A stretch of DNA of 64,000 nt, taken from NCBI GenBank assembly GCA_050084985.1, contig JBITNC010000001.1, forward strand, positions 107,880,001-107,944,000, in the 5' to 3' direction. Position numbers and translations under genes: made by a program. Each line of letters starts with the position of its first letter. Within the stretch, counting starts at the first letter, position 1. The stretch is from Nageia nagi. Lineage: Eukaryota; Plantae; Pinophyta. The notes under the pieces were generated by a model, which did not search any database, was not told the origin of the DNA, and saw only the letters and a program-made list of their open reading frames with translations. Below, piece after piece: positions 49,601-62,966 of this stretch.

Positions 49601-51009
49601 AAATGATTATAGTTAAATATGAAATCTCCATAAATAATCACAACAAACAACCCAAGGATTTTAACTATATATGTACTTCAACCATCCCACAACAAGCCTC
49701 TAATATGGTCATACTTATCCATTGACAACATCGACCTATTCCTTAATAAGTTGAAACATACATCATTTGTCTTCAGTTCAAAGAAGAACCTTACCTCTCA
49801 CCCATAGTCTATCTAATAGAAAATGCCTCTTACTCCATATTCTACATGATAGCAAGAATTAATAATCAAAATAATATATTCTTATCAACCTACTAATATA
49901 GATCATCCCTTATCTATAATAGTATAAAGTTAATGGAATCATGGAACTTTATATTCAAAAATAAAGGTTTGTTTATTCATTAAAGATTGCATTATATAAT
50001 ATATATTCATCCAGTAGAAAAATTCATCAAACAAAATAACTACATCTAATTTAGTTATAAATTTCAAATCTTAACACAACAATTTTCATTGTCGAACAAA
50101 TCCACCATTCCTATCCTTACCAAATATATATCTTCAAAGATATTTTATCAAATAATTGGTTAGAATATTATAATTTATAAACCTTATGAGATTCTAACTC
50201 AAAAAAATCATCTTGCTAGATCAATCCTCTAAACATTATACAAATCTTATCAACTAACTAATATTCAGGATAACCCTTAGTAGTAGTTCAATTTGGCTAA
50301 TTGACCAACGACTATCTCTTTTCAAAGTAAATATTTATCACATATACATGGTTTAATGATTGAGTATTTACTAACAAGATGATAAAGAATTTCTAATCAT
50401 ATCATACTCTTGTATTTACAACAAATTTTAAGCATTAGTAACTCTACTTATGCTAAGAACATCAACAAAACTCATTTATCCCAAGTTCCCTTTCATTAGC
50501 ACTTCTATAAATCAGGGAGCATAACCTTCACACACACACATAGTCATTGTATATATAAAAAACAAATACATTATATATAAAAAAAAACAAATACATTCAT
50601 CTCATAGTCATAAAAAGCACAAATATTCCCACTTTAAAAGAAAAAGCTTGTATGCTACAATCTCAAGGCATTAATGCTCAATAACACTAAAATTAGAGCA
50701 TGAAAGCACATGTTCATTCAATTCAAAGACACAATCACATAGATACATCCCAAACTAGGAGCAAGAAAATAGATACATGACCATTTTATGTCTTTTTACA
50801 TACAATGACATTATTTCATATATGTTTTAGCAAAGCAAACTCTTCTCATACTCTACATAAATAGAATTATATGATAAATCAAATTCAAAATCATTCTATC
50901 AAACACAACACCAAACAATAGATAAGATTTGTTCAACAATAGCTTGGACCCTTCTCTAAATCCCACCCTTAGAGTATAATTATTCAAAGTTTACTTCTAT
51001 TAATCTAAC

Positions 51010-52961
51010 CATATCCTATGGATAAACACATATCAATCTTCCTACCTTGCATTGGATATTATCTAACCCAATATTATTCTTCAATGATAACATGGAAAAG
51101 TCATCAAATGACCACACATTATTGCATCATAGCAACAATTATGAATATATTCCTTTTTAATTCACACAATTCACCATGCACAACCACCAACCATCCTACA
51201 TATATTGTATTGGATTCTAACTACACCAACACCATGGTTGTAGTGGATGGGTTCAACAAGTATGCAACATTAGGTTTACAAGAAAATTTTGGATAAAGTT
51301 GTTCAGTATTATGGGAACTAAGATATTGATGTCAACAACCCACCATCCTAAAACTAATAGATAAACTAAGCATATAAATGGAATACTAGAAGAATATATA
51401 AGATACTATTTCTTGGCAAATAAGTCCAATTGGTCTAACCTTTTTGACATCTCTCAATTTAGCTACAACATGCAAAAGTTGGTTTCAAATACATACACTC
51501 TATTTGAGCTAAAAATGGGTAGGAAGCTAATCGCACCATATTTTATGATGTTTTCTTACTACTATGCAAGTCCTACATCCTCTAGGTTCATGTTTGAATG
51601 GAAATAATAAATTAACTTGTTAAGAAAATATTTGCTACAAGCTTAGGTGAGGATGAATGTTAGCATAGATGACGGTATAAGACCATTGGGGTTTAAAGTT
51701 TGTAATAAATTTCTCCCTAGGATTGATGGCAATTAGTTTAAACTAGCATATGGTACATTTAAAGCAATCACAAGGAGGTACAATGGACCATATAAACTTT
51801 TAAATTATGTCAATAAGATGACATACAAGTTATAACTACCAAAGTGGATGCACATTCATCCTATCTTCCATGTAAATTAGTTAAGACCCTTAGTTATAGA
51901 TGATGAAGACCTTGGTAAAGCCTTGGAAACTCATCCTCCTACCAATATGATTGATGAAGTAGGAAAAATGATGACCAAGATCAAGGGTATGAAGAAAGTG
52001 GGGTGAGGAAACATGCTAAAAATAGAATACCTTGTAAGTTGGTAGGGTAGCACTTATCTCGATGATACATGGGAATACACATAAACTCTCTAGGAATATG
52101 AGGATAGAATCCAAGAGTATCTCTTTAAATACTACATGGACCATGGATCAAGTAAGTTTCCTCATATGATAGGTAAGGTCAACCTAATAAAGCATAAGAA
52201 AGATGGACTTGGTTTTCATTCACCTTGTTTATAGTATTATTTTTAGGCTAGTTTTTAGGATGGTAATGTGTTTAGGAATTTTGGTAGAAAATGCCAAAGC
52301 ATTATAAAATAGTTGACATAGATCCCTCATAACGCCCACCTTTGGCATGGCAAGATTTACCTAAGGTTGATGAGGTCATCAACCATTTCAAGTGGGGGAG
52401 AATATGAGAGGGTAGTTCCTCTCATGGTTTGGAAAGGGGGTCACATGCACATGAAGGAAAGTGATACAAAACCTCATAGCACAACATGGTCAAGTTGGCT
52501 AGTTAGGCTGGCCATGTCATCATGGTCCATCCAAGGACCATGTTGCATAGTTAGGTCAAGGAATGAACAAGGTGTTGGATCGATGGATCCTGGTGGTGCG
52601 AGAAAGGTCAAGAGGCACTAAAACTAGAGTTAAATGGATGGATAGATGAATTGGGATCCAATGTATATGTGTATTTGATGTGGAGTGGAGGTGAGGCTAG
52701 TGTTTTATTGGTGAATATATCATATGCATGCAAGCCCTAAGCATATCTCCTATGGTTGGGAGTGGTGGTATGAAAATAAAGCATTCAATGGGCCCTTGAC
52801 ATTTGGCCACATAGTGTTGGATCTTCACAATTTGAAAGGCATAGTCTAAGTGGCTTATAGGTTTGTGTCCCATGAGGGAAGATTTCATTTAAGCCATATT
52901 AGTGTTGGGAAGTTAATGGTTAGGTCACCCTTGAGGAGTAACACTAGTTAGGACCATCACA
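51010..52961 (+). mobile_element. 3' end of a chromovirus (Galadriel-like): integrase, chromodomain, PPT, 3' LTR
   Basis: MVVVDGFNKYAT, NWSNLFDISQFSYNMQK, RRYNGPYK..YKL*LPKWMHIHPIFHV, EYLVSW*G....DTWE; PPT gtgggggagaa at 52392-52402; LTR about 52403-52961 ending TCACA. Confidence 0.75.
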
Positions 52962-54309
52962 ATCTAAAAAGTTAACATACCCAAATATTTTAAAATTCCT
53001 CTACAACTACCTAACATGGCAACACCATACCTTTCAAAATCAATTTCTAAATTATTTTTTAGATATTTAAAACTCATTATGTTAAGCATATTCCCCTATG
53101 AATAATAAATAAACTAATAGTTTGAAATCATTAATCATATGGATAATTCACATTCCAAAGTATTTAATTTCCTATTAAAAAAAAAAACCCTATCAATTCA
53201 ATCTTATAAAGATAAATAATGATGTAGTTTTGTCCTTAGTTGATGTTCAAGTCCATATAATAAATCCCATGACTTCCTCCTCATCATACTCTTGACTAGT
53301 TTGAGCCTATGCTATAAAATTAACTTTGCCTCCAAGGAATAGAATGTTGCCTAATAAATGTAGACAGCTAGAAAATATAGTTGCTATGTTTGGGAAAATT
53401 TCAAATGTCTCATCATTTCATGGTATAGATTCAAACCCATACATTGCAAATCATAATCAATAATAACATAATCAAAGGTGCCTCCAACACCTTAATAATG
53501 CATGGGAAAACATACAACCAAGTGAGCGCTAAATTTCCCACATGAATTTACCATAATACCTCCATAAATCCTTCTAAGTCCATACAAAATCATCATAAAT
53601 CCTATCATCCTTGCAAGAGTATGAATTCAATGCACTTATGAGAAAAAGTACAATATTGAATGAATCCTCACAAGCCCTAAAATTCAACTAACTTTTCATG
53701 GCACTAGCTCAATTAGAACTCTCAAACCCCCTCTCCATATGATAATACATTTTTGAACAAAGCACCAAAGGTAATGATGTAGGGTTGTTACCTACCAAAT
53801 TCACCACCCTATACCATAGGTTTCACACATATTGAATGGATTAGAGTAAAAAATGTAATGTTAAGGCATGGTTGGTTAGGTTATATTAAGCACCTAAAAG
53901 ACCCCTTTGAATTATTTTCCACCTACACACATATTCGCATATTATTTAGGTAGGATTCAAAATTTAGATGTAGGTTAGTATATATATTTTTAGGATATTC
54001 TATGTATTTTATTAATTCTTTAATATATATACATTATGGTAACTTTTCTTTGATTTTACAAGTATTTCATCGAGTTAAAATAAGAAATATTTCTAGGACA
54101 AGGAATCAGATCTAACATGTTATTCTTATTCAAGTTCAAGATCAACTCAACTTAACATTCGCAGCATATTCAATTCCTTATCTTTATTAACTCATTAATT
54201 ATTTTGACAAAAGGGATTTTTATCTAAATGGTAAGTTTTTCCCTTACATAAAATCAAGTAATCAATAATTTAAACACCATATTACTAATCACCTCAAATG
54301 GGGGGATTA

Positions 54310-57300
54310 GCAAGTCAAGGAAATACCTTATCTCTCCATTAGGTTTTATTGTAGGAATAATATTTGAAATACATGGAGAGTAATCAATAGGTCTAATGAA
54401 TCTTGCTTTCAAATATTTCTCAATTTTTTGCTTTACTAGCAAGGCAAATTTTGGATTCATCTTTCTTAATTTTTTACTAACAAGCTTAACATCATCTTTA
54501 ACAACTGAACTATGAGTGACAAAATCTAATATCTAACCCAATCATATCATTATAATATTAAGAAAATATTTCTTAAACTCATAGAAGATTTTTTTGATAT
54601 ATATTTATTACATCATCATTGATCCATACTCCTATTTTAGCCATATTATATGAACCAATATCAACATCCACAAATGCTTTGTTAAAAAAATTTGTCTTAT
54701 CAATCAACTAGGGGAGGATAGGAAACACTCTCAACCCTCAACAGAAAACTCAAACATCAATATTTCTAATTAATTATACATCAACATACAACATTACCTC
54801 TTTTTGTATTGATGTACCACAAAGAGCAGTAAAAGAAAAAATGAAAAACACCCTCCCTCCCTCCTAATTACCTAAATATATACCTACTCTACATAAAATA
54901 GAAATAATAGTAGTTTAGGGTAGCATGGGGCAACCTATTATGTATTCCAAAGTGCTTGCTTTAGCTCCAAAATATGCATGAGGATTGTTTTATTGCTTGA
55001 TTTTGGGAATTCACATCTACCACCTATAAATTCAAGGAAGGAATCATCATCTCTAAAAACATCAAATGAAATTATCTCATTCTCATCTAGAAACCATCCT
55101 AAATCATTAACTAGTTGAATCAAGTAAACTAAATCAAGCATATCATTTGGTGAAGGTTAATCATCCTCTACTTCTTCCTGCTCCTTACAAGGTTCTTCAT
55201 ATCCAATGTCAATTTCCCTTTTAATCTATCCCATAGTTTTAGGAAGTCATATGATACCTTGTTCATTTTTACCTAGGTCTTTACCCTTATAATTGCATCT
55301 CTTCAAATAATTATTCAAGAAATTATTATTCATGTTTACCTCAATTTGATATATACTTATGCTATCCTTCATAACTCCACTCTCATATGATTATACCTTT
55401 GAGCTCTTTATTTCTTTTGGAACTAACATCTTCTTCACACTCTTCTCCTTAAATAGAATATGTACATCTTCTATCGGATCCTTATTCTCAATATTTTTCA
55501 TAAGCACCTCTTGGTATGTTGGCATACCACTTCTTACATACGACGATCCAAATCTTTGAAACTTTATGATATATCAAAGTCATCAAAATTGTAAGTTATC
55601 ATATCCATCTCCTGGACAAGAATTGATTCCTTTATTTCATCTTTATTTATACATTTAGTGCTAGGTAACATATTGCCTTCAACAACCTGAACATATTCAA
55701 AAGGTTTTTCATCATCTCTAACAGTAATAGTTTTTCCTTCATGCTCAAATTTCAAACAACTATGTAATTTTGATAGAACAACCTTCATAGTGTGCAACCA
55801 AGGCCTACCCAACAACAAATTGTATAGGACATTATCTTGAAAAGCATAGCAATTAATATTGACTATTTTAGGTCCTACTTCGATAGGCAATTGTATTGAT
55901 CCCATGCAATACATTTCAACATTATTAAATCCTTTGATACTAATATTTGATCTTTGAATCTTATTCATCACTTGTTGTAATTGTTACAAGAGAGGTGAAA
56001 AATATCAACATTTGGCCCAATGTCAACTAAGACTATCTTCATTGAATTTCCAAACATTTTACGTTGATGTACAATGTCAGATACTTGTAAATAATATCTT
56101 TATTAGGAATCTCTTTATCATTTAGGCATAATATTCTAGCATTTATAAATATATTTGCATCTACTTGATTATTTTTCAATGTATCATATAAAGCATCCTT
56201 ATGAACATAAAAAAAAAAATTAATAATTCAAAAAGTTCATCTTTTCTATAGTGCCTCAAAGTTTTTCTTCAATATTGTACTCTTGAGGATCCTTCGGATT
56301 TGTACAATGGCAATATGAATAGATGCTCTAGGTCTTTTACATTATACATGGATGTACAAATCTTCAATGAAAAGAACATTCCTCAATTGACTCTTGTGCA
56401 ATCTATCTTTTTGTTGCTTAAGTCACTCTTCCTTCATCTAGCAATTTTTTTATCTCCTTCCATAGAATAGTGCAAGCATTTATCTTGTGACCATAAACTC
56501 TATGATAAATTTCATAAGATGGAGCAAATTTAGATCATTGTCTCCTAATTCCATCTAAGGAGTTAGATAAATCAAACTCTTTTTTGTATAATTTCAAAAT
56601 ATGATTTGTGGGGAAATTGCTAACTTTAATCTACTATCCCTTTATATGCTTTATTTGGATTTTATTTAGGTTGGTCAACTGCATTGATCTACTTATCCTC
56701 TTTATAAAGATAACTCCTATATGTGTCTTTTGAGATAACTCCATATTTTAATGACCCAATCTTAGCTAAACCTTTTCCTTGCAAAATAATTTATAGGTCA
56801 TGTCTATAAATTGTAGATCCATTTAATCAATTCCTTCTCTCTTCAAGGAAAGAATGATGTTGTCCATAAACATCAAAGTAGCATGCTTCTCTTAAATCAT
56901 TCCTTCCACCATACTCCAAACCTTTTAAAACCTTATGATGAACTTATATAATCTTTCATTATGACTTTGCTTATAAATATGAAATTATGACCAACCTATA
57001 AGCATTATGATTAAATTTCTTTTGGAATATGATAATAAATTGCTAATAGGATCTAATGGATGTATGAGGAAACAAAAACTACCATTTCAAATAATATCCC
57101 TTCAATTTAGTACGAAAATATTTAGCCAAGAGATTATGATTCATAACAAATTTTAGCTCAAACTTCATCTTAAATGATATTGCATTGGATATCTTTCAGC
57201 ACCATACATCTCAACATATGGTTCATTTTGATGCTTAGGAGCCATGATGTTATAGATCATAAAGAGGGCTTGAATCTTCAATAATTTTAGGTTCATTATT

Positions 57301-58290
57301 ACCTTGAATATGGCTTTTTATCTCTTTAACTTATTTGGCTAAATCATCAAATGGATAGGAAGTTCCACTTCTATTACTATTGTCACCTTGATCTCTTTTC
57401 TCCTTGTTATCAATATAGCTTTAGCATTATTTAAACTAAATTTATCAATAAATGTTTACATTGCAACAAGATCCATATCTAAGACATTTAAATTGCAAGA
57501 TAAATCCTATCCAAAAATCCTAGAATTTTTAGCACAAGTAATGGAAATTATGTTGTCATATAAAAGAGTCAGGTTCACTAATTTGTTGATACTAAAAATT
57601 GATTTTATTTATTTAATTTAACATCAATTATAATAAATAATTATTTTAATTTAAACCACAAATAATTTAAATGCTACCTAATTCACTTTTGCTTGAAACA
57701 TAATAAAATATGACTTCAAATGAACAACAAACCGATCATTTACATATATCGAATGAATTGCGACCAAGATCTGGTCTCAATATATAGGGTCTAGATGACC
57801 CACTCTCCAAATTCGAGCACTTGTTCCTATTTGATGTGTTGTGTCAATGTACCATGGTATGCCACCATATGACTCCTTTCCTTTACTACCTTTGAATTTG
57901 CATGCGTTTTCAAGGTCGTTTACCAAGGTTATCATATATAACTACGATGTTACGAATAAGGAATGCACTATCTAATAAAGGCACAAATTCAAACTTGATA
58001 GGTGATCTCAAGAGGCATCAAGTATAGAATGTAGTATAATCTCTATCAAGATCTAGATATAATCAATGCCACATCCTTCTTCCCTTAAATAGATAAATTT
58101 CCATCATTGGGCTAAGCCTCCTTGCTTAGCATACCTTGGACTTGTCACTGAAAAGATAACAAGGAGTGAAATTGCACTTTATTCCATAAATATACCTCAA
58201 ATATAGAAAATAAATAATTAAATCACTTTAATTACTTAGATACCTAAAATATGATTTTTAATTAAATAAAATCAAATTTATGTGTTAACA
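54310..58290 (-). mobile_element. 5' half of a Tat/Ogre-like Gypsy element (LTR, gag, protease, start of RT), truncated at ~54310
   Basis: RT start MNPKFALLVKQKIEKYLKARFIRPIDYSPCISNIIP..KPNGEIR; protease LVDIG..., YNLLLGRPWLHTMKVVLSKLHSCLKF; gag remnants at 56800-57250; 5' LTR 57584-58290. Confidence 0.85.
57584..58290 (-). repeat. 5' LTR of the Tat/Ogre-like element
   Basis: tgttgatactaaaaattgatttt ... aaaatcaaatttatgtgttaaca is a ~23 bp imperfect terminal inverted repeat. PBS-like tagtgaacctgac lies just inside on the minus strand. Confidence 0.7.
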
Positions 58291-58639
58291 CAAATATTAT
58301 TTTATTAACTTAAGAACCATAATTAATATTATGATCAAAATAACATAGATAAAATAAACCTAGATAATTTATGAAACACATTTAAAATCTTGAAAATAGT
58401 TGTTCGCTCAACTATTAAATCAAAAGGTGTAGTGGAAGAAGTTATAAAGAATTCAAATAATAGATAAACTCGAAAATGATATCTCTTAACGTTTTTTTAT
58501 ATATAAAAAATTATATCAAAACTAATATAAAAACTAATTCAAGTAATAGTTTATCCATTCATTATTATAAAAAATACAAATAATTCATCATCAACAAAAA
58601 TCTAAATATATTCATATTTGTATTTGTAATTGAAAGATC

Positions 58640-58945
58640 TAAGTCAGTAGTAAGAAAAAGGGTCTCCCAAATCTACTGGCTTGGTGGAGAAGAACGTTGC
58701 CTATGAGGGGGAATAGCCCATCTTCTAAAGGAAAAGGTAGACAGGAGGGTTTTAAAGACCGCAATTGTGAGCTGGAGGGGTGAAATGGAATATGAAATGT
58801 CCATTGGAATCTAAATGCAAAGAAATTAATAAGAAGCCTCAATAACCCTTCAAGTGGAATTAGATGAAAAAGAGGAAGTTCAGGGTCATCCTAAGAAGGA
58901 GGTATTAAAGGCAAACAGCCATAATATTCTACTGTAGTGTATGCA
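58640..58945 (+). mobile_element. Possible L1 fragment covering the ORF1 end / ORF2 start
   Basis: GC-rich island with MK..WN-like and KEVLKANSHNILL-like endonuclease N-terminal remnants. Confidence 0.35.
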
Positions 58946-59399
58946 CCAATTCAAAGAAGATCAATAATTATTAGGACATTAAAATACTTATCTATACATT
59001 TGAATATAAAGATAATAAAAGTTGCTACCAATTTATTTTATAGGATCTTTGTAATTATTTTTTGAGTTTTGAATTCTTTAATTTGATTAATATTGTAAGA
59101 AGTGAAAATAATATTATGCATTTTTATATGATTATTCAATCATCATTGAGTTTTGAATTAGATCAATTATGTAGTTCAAATGAGGATTGAATTCTTTGTT
59201 TGTATTTTCATTATCTAAAAATATAGTTAAAGTGTCAAGGAGTTCAAATTAGTAATGAAAGGTATTATAATCATTTGTTTTTATTATTCCATATTCAACA
59301 TGAATTTTCTGATAATCCTTAGCTTTCATAAAGGTTTGTATGTTAGTGATAAGAAATTCTTATTTTTACAAAGTTGGATTCCATCCAATTCATTTCTTT

Positions 59400-59760
59400 T
59401 AACATTGATAGGATTTTTTTAAGTTGCAATCGAGGTAAGTGGAGAACCAAAATATCACGTGCGAGTTTGTATGTTAAACATCAACTTTAATATTTAAAAA
59501 AAAAAATTAATCAATTTTATTATTTTAAAAAAAAATAGTGGACTTCAAAAATATAATTTAAAAGTTTATATATATATATATATATCATATTTTTTTAAGA
59601 AAAGTATACAAAATACATATTAAATATAATAAATTATAAGTCTATAATGATTTAATTATATCATTTCTTGGTATTGCTATATCCAAGATAAACACCTTAG
59701 AAATGATATCTCTCGAAATTTTTTTGATATATAAGGAAGTATATCAAAGCTAGTTTGTAA
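59400..59760 (-). repeat. Inverted copy of the dispersed repeat at 19731-19975, with an internal (TA)n expansion
   Basis: Reverse-complement matches at both ends. Confidence 0.7.
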
Positions 59761-60919
59761 TATAAACACAACACAATGTTTTGCATGAGAGATGATTTTG
59801 GTGAATGATAGTGAGGCTTTTGTGTGTAATGAATATACTAATAAAATAGTAATACATAATCTTCCAATAAATAATTAGTTTCTTATGGTACCTTTCCTCC
59901 TAATTCCCTTTTTATAATAATATAAAAGGCCACTTTAGTGATGATTTGGTGAAAATATGTAAAGACTTATAAAAACCAACCTACATTTGAAATGTGAGCT
60001 GATTTAATAAGTAATCATTTTCACACAAAGTAGTAGATATAAAAAAAAAAAAATGAATGTAATGTAATTAACATCCCAAATAAGCACATAATAAAGGTAA
60101 TAAATGTTAGGAATGACAAAACAATTATTTAGTAAAATGATATTTACATTTCATTTTTTTGAAACACCAAAAACCATTGTTGTGCTTCTATCATAGGCCA
60201 AAATCAAGCCTATTGAGTCTATTCTTCTAAAAATAATACTTAAAACTATTCATCTACATCTTCTATGTTAGGGTAGTGAATTTTACTTGCATTTAGAACT
60301 TCAAATATGTAGATGATAATCTCGATACTAGCTTCGTCAAAGTCAAGATTAAGAAAATTTTGAAGAATCAATTTATTGTGCTCAAACACGAGCACCTTGG
60401 ACTGTCTTGCACCCATTATTAATTAAGCTTTCTTTTTATCTTTCTTTGAGCATGATCTAGTACTTGAGAGAGATAATTCACCCAGATAGCTACACCAAAT
60501 CGAAATTCATCAAGTCTTCATTGCAAACTCAGAGGGATGCTTCAAGCACACACCTCAAGCCCTAGAGATACATTCTTTTGGTGGCTTCGTTCAATGGAAA
60601 CTACTTCTTGTACATGGGCCTTAACAATCTATTGTAACACCATGGTTGCAAGGAAGTGTTCCAGAGTATGGTCAACAACCATATTGCACCCGAGCATGCA
60701 CAACCATATATAGGTTGTAATGCTTACCTGAATCCAATTATACAACAACCATAGGTTCAAAGTGTGAATTACAACTATCAATCAAATCCAGTGCAACAAT
60801 CATGCCACCCTTAATACAATACATGAAACCAAGTGAATAACCAGATGTCATCAATGCAACAAGCTTCTTCTAATTATCAAAATCTTCTAAATATATCACA
60901 AGTTTTCACCCAAGCTATC

Positions 60920-61039
60920 CAACAAGAATAGCTATGGCTACAAGCTGCATGGAATCATCAACAAGAAAAGCTAATGCTGCAAGTTGCATGGAATCATCAA
61001 CAAGAAAAGCTAAGGCTACAAGCTACATGGAATTATCAA
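60920..61039 (+). repeat. 39-bp tandem repeat x3 (QQEKL.LQ..WNH)
   Basis: caacaagaa.agcta.gct.caag.t.catggaat.at at 60920, 60959 and 60998. Confidence 0.95.
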
Positions 61040-62841
61040 TAGGAACAAGTAAAAGTTATACAAGCTGTAGAGAAACACAAACAAGAGGAACAATTAGTGA
61101 ATGAGATGGCAAGGATATTTTTCGATATTGTTTTTATCCACCCCATTTTACACCTATTTCAATCAAAGAAGCATCTTTGCATAATGTAGTGGAAATGATA
61201 GAAGATGAATACAATGAGGGGGATGTACAAATCAATCGCATCCTATCAAGGCCATCCCTACCTCTTCCTCCTTCCACCTTATAAGAATGCTTGGGTAATC
61301 TTGAAGATAGTTTGCCAGAAGAAGAAGAGCATCAATCATCCTGGTTGTCTATGTGCCTTGAAGGCAAAACTTTTCATAGTCATGTGGAATATACTCATCT
61401 TGATTACAACTTAATATCACTTGCAACTTGTTGCAAAGCTGAACTTCCTCCCACCCCAATCCTAGGCTATCAAGAATGTGTCAAATCACAAATAGTCGAG
61501 ATACTAGAGAATGTTTGTGTAAGTCATCAGATCAAAAGTGCAACATTTTCTAGACTTTGTGTTGGTAGATGTGTCAAGAGACATATATCCAATCCCAATC
61601 CAACTTCGTAAGGAATGGATCTAGTCCTTAGACGTTGATTCATCATATTCTTGTGTATGTGAACATGTTTAGAATAGTAAAATAAATTAGCAACCCAAAT
61701 CTTACCTATGAGGAGAATTCAATTCAAAAAAAGAGATAATCCAGGAGGTGCAAGAACATCAACCATTTGAGATATCTATTTGTTTTTATGAAGGCAATGT
61801 GTTCCACAATTGTATAATGAATCCAACGGTGAATATAAATATGATGTCATATGAGGCCTTTTGTGAGGCTGGAAATCCCACATGATATAGAAATCTTAGA
61901 ATGTAATGACTATAAAAGGGATCTTGAAACAAGCCTGCATAACTTCAAGGATCACAAGTACAACACTTCCTAGACATCCTAATCGTGGATTTCCCTATGT
62001 CAATACCAATCCTATTGAATAAAGAATGGATCCACATATTAGGTGAGTATGATGCCCCATGCTTAGTTGGAGATGAGGGAGAAATGTCAAAGAGTGAAAG
62101 TTGCCATTGTCCCCAAAAGGACCAAGACCTTGTAGAACCCATGCATGAAGGTATCCTTAAATATTTTACTTGTGGATCATTCTTTAATGATCAACCAAGC
62201 GAGATAGGGTTGGAGAAAGATTGTGTTGATGTTGAACATGACCTCAAACTTAATTCACTGTTGAGGACCAATGATGTCGATGTCAAAGATAGCACCATGA
62301 GCCCTGTAGCAGAAACAGGGGAATCCTCTTATCCAAAATATGAAAGGTGAAATCCCTAAGTGCAATGTTGAAATGAATGACTTCTTATTCTCGCAAGAGA
62401 AAGAAGATATGGTCGAAGTAAAACAAGTGATGGTAGATGACCTTTTTGATTTGAAAATCAGAGGCATTGTAAAAGCTCTATATAGTAAAGCACATGTACT
62501 AGCACACTTTAATGAATATGAGATCTTAGACATGGATGACATTGATATATTAGAAGGGCAACAGGAGTGTACAATAGATGAACCTTTTAGGCTAGAATTT
62601 GAAGATGTCAAAGATTCTCTATTTGTTCAAGCACAAGACTCTCACAATAGGATATTGAAGATGCTTTAATTGTTTTTGCACAAGAACGGGTATACAAGGA
62701 TTAACATAAGATTGAAGACATTGGTGACACCATGGAGGATACTTGTTATCAAAAGGTAATGAAAGTCGAATGGAGAGAAAATCAGAATATGCATTAGAAG
62801 AATATGAATTGATAGTTGATCTTGAGGTTGGTCTTGATAAA

Positions 62842-62966
62842 TATCAAGTTTATACTTCTACAATCCTTATGCCTCAATGTTCATATTTCTCATCTTTAGG
62901 CGGTTATCAAGTTTATACTCCTACAATCCTTATGCCTCAATGTTCATATTTCTCATCATTAGGCGA
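62842..62966 (+). repeat. 63-bp tandem repeat x2 (YQVYT.TILMPQCSYFSSLG)
   Basis: Near-identical units at 62842 and 62905. Confidence 0.95.

Noticed and set aside
36644-50596. Small direct duplications at 36644-36708, 38555-38606 and 50549-50596 (also 27418-27454)
   Set aside because: Ordinary 17-27 bp slippage duplications with no further structure.
19731-59760. Giant DNA transposon with TIRs capturing the WIYLD gene
   Set aside because: No TSD or transposase, and a third partial copy exists at 58470; better explained as a dispersed repeat.
62255-62611. 118 aa minus-strand ORF, and similar ORFs at 10403-10741, 15032-15268 and 36305-36568
   Set aside because: Antisense shadows of transposon coding frames.
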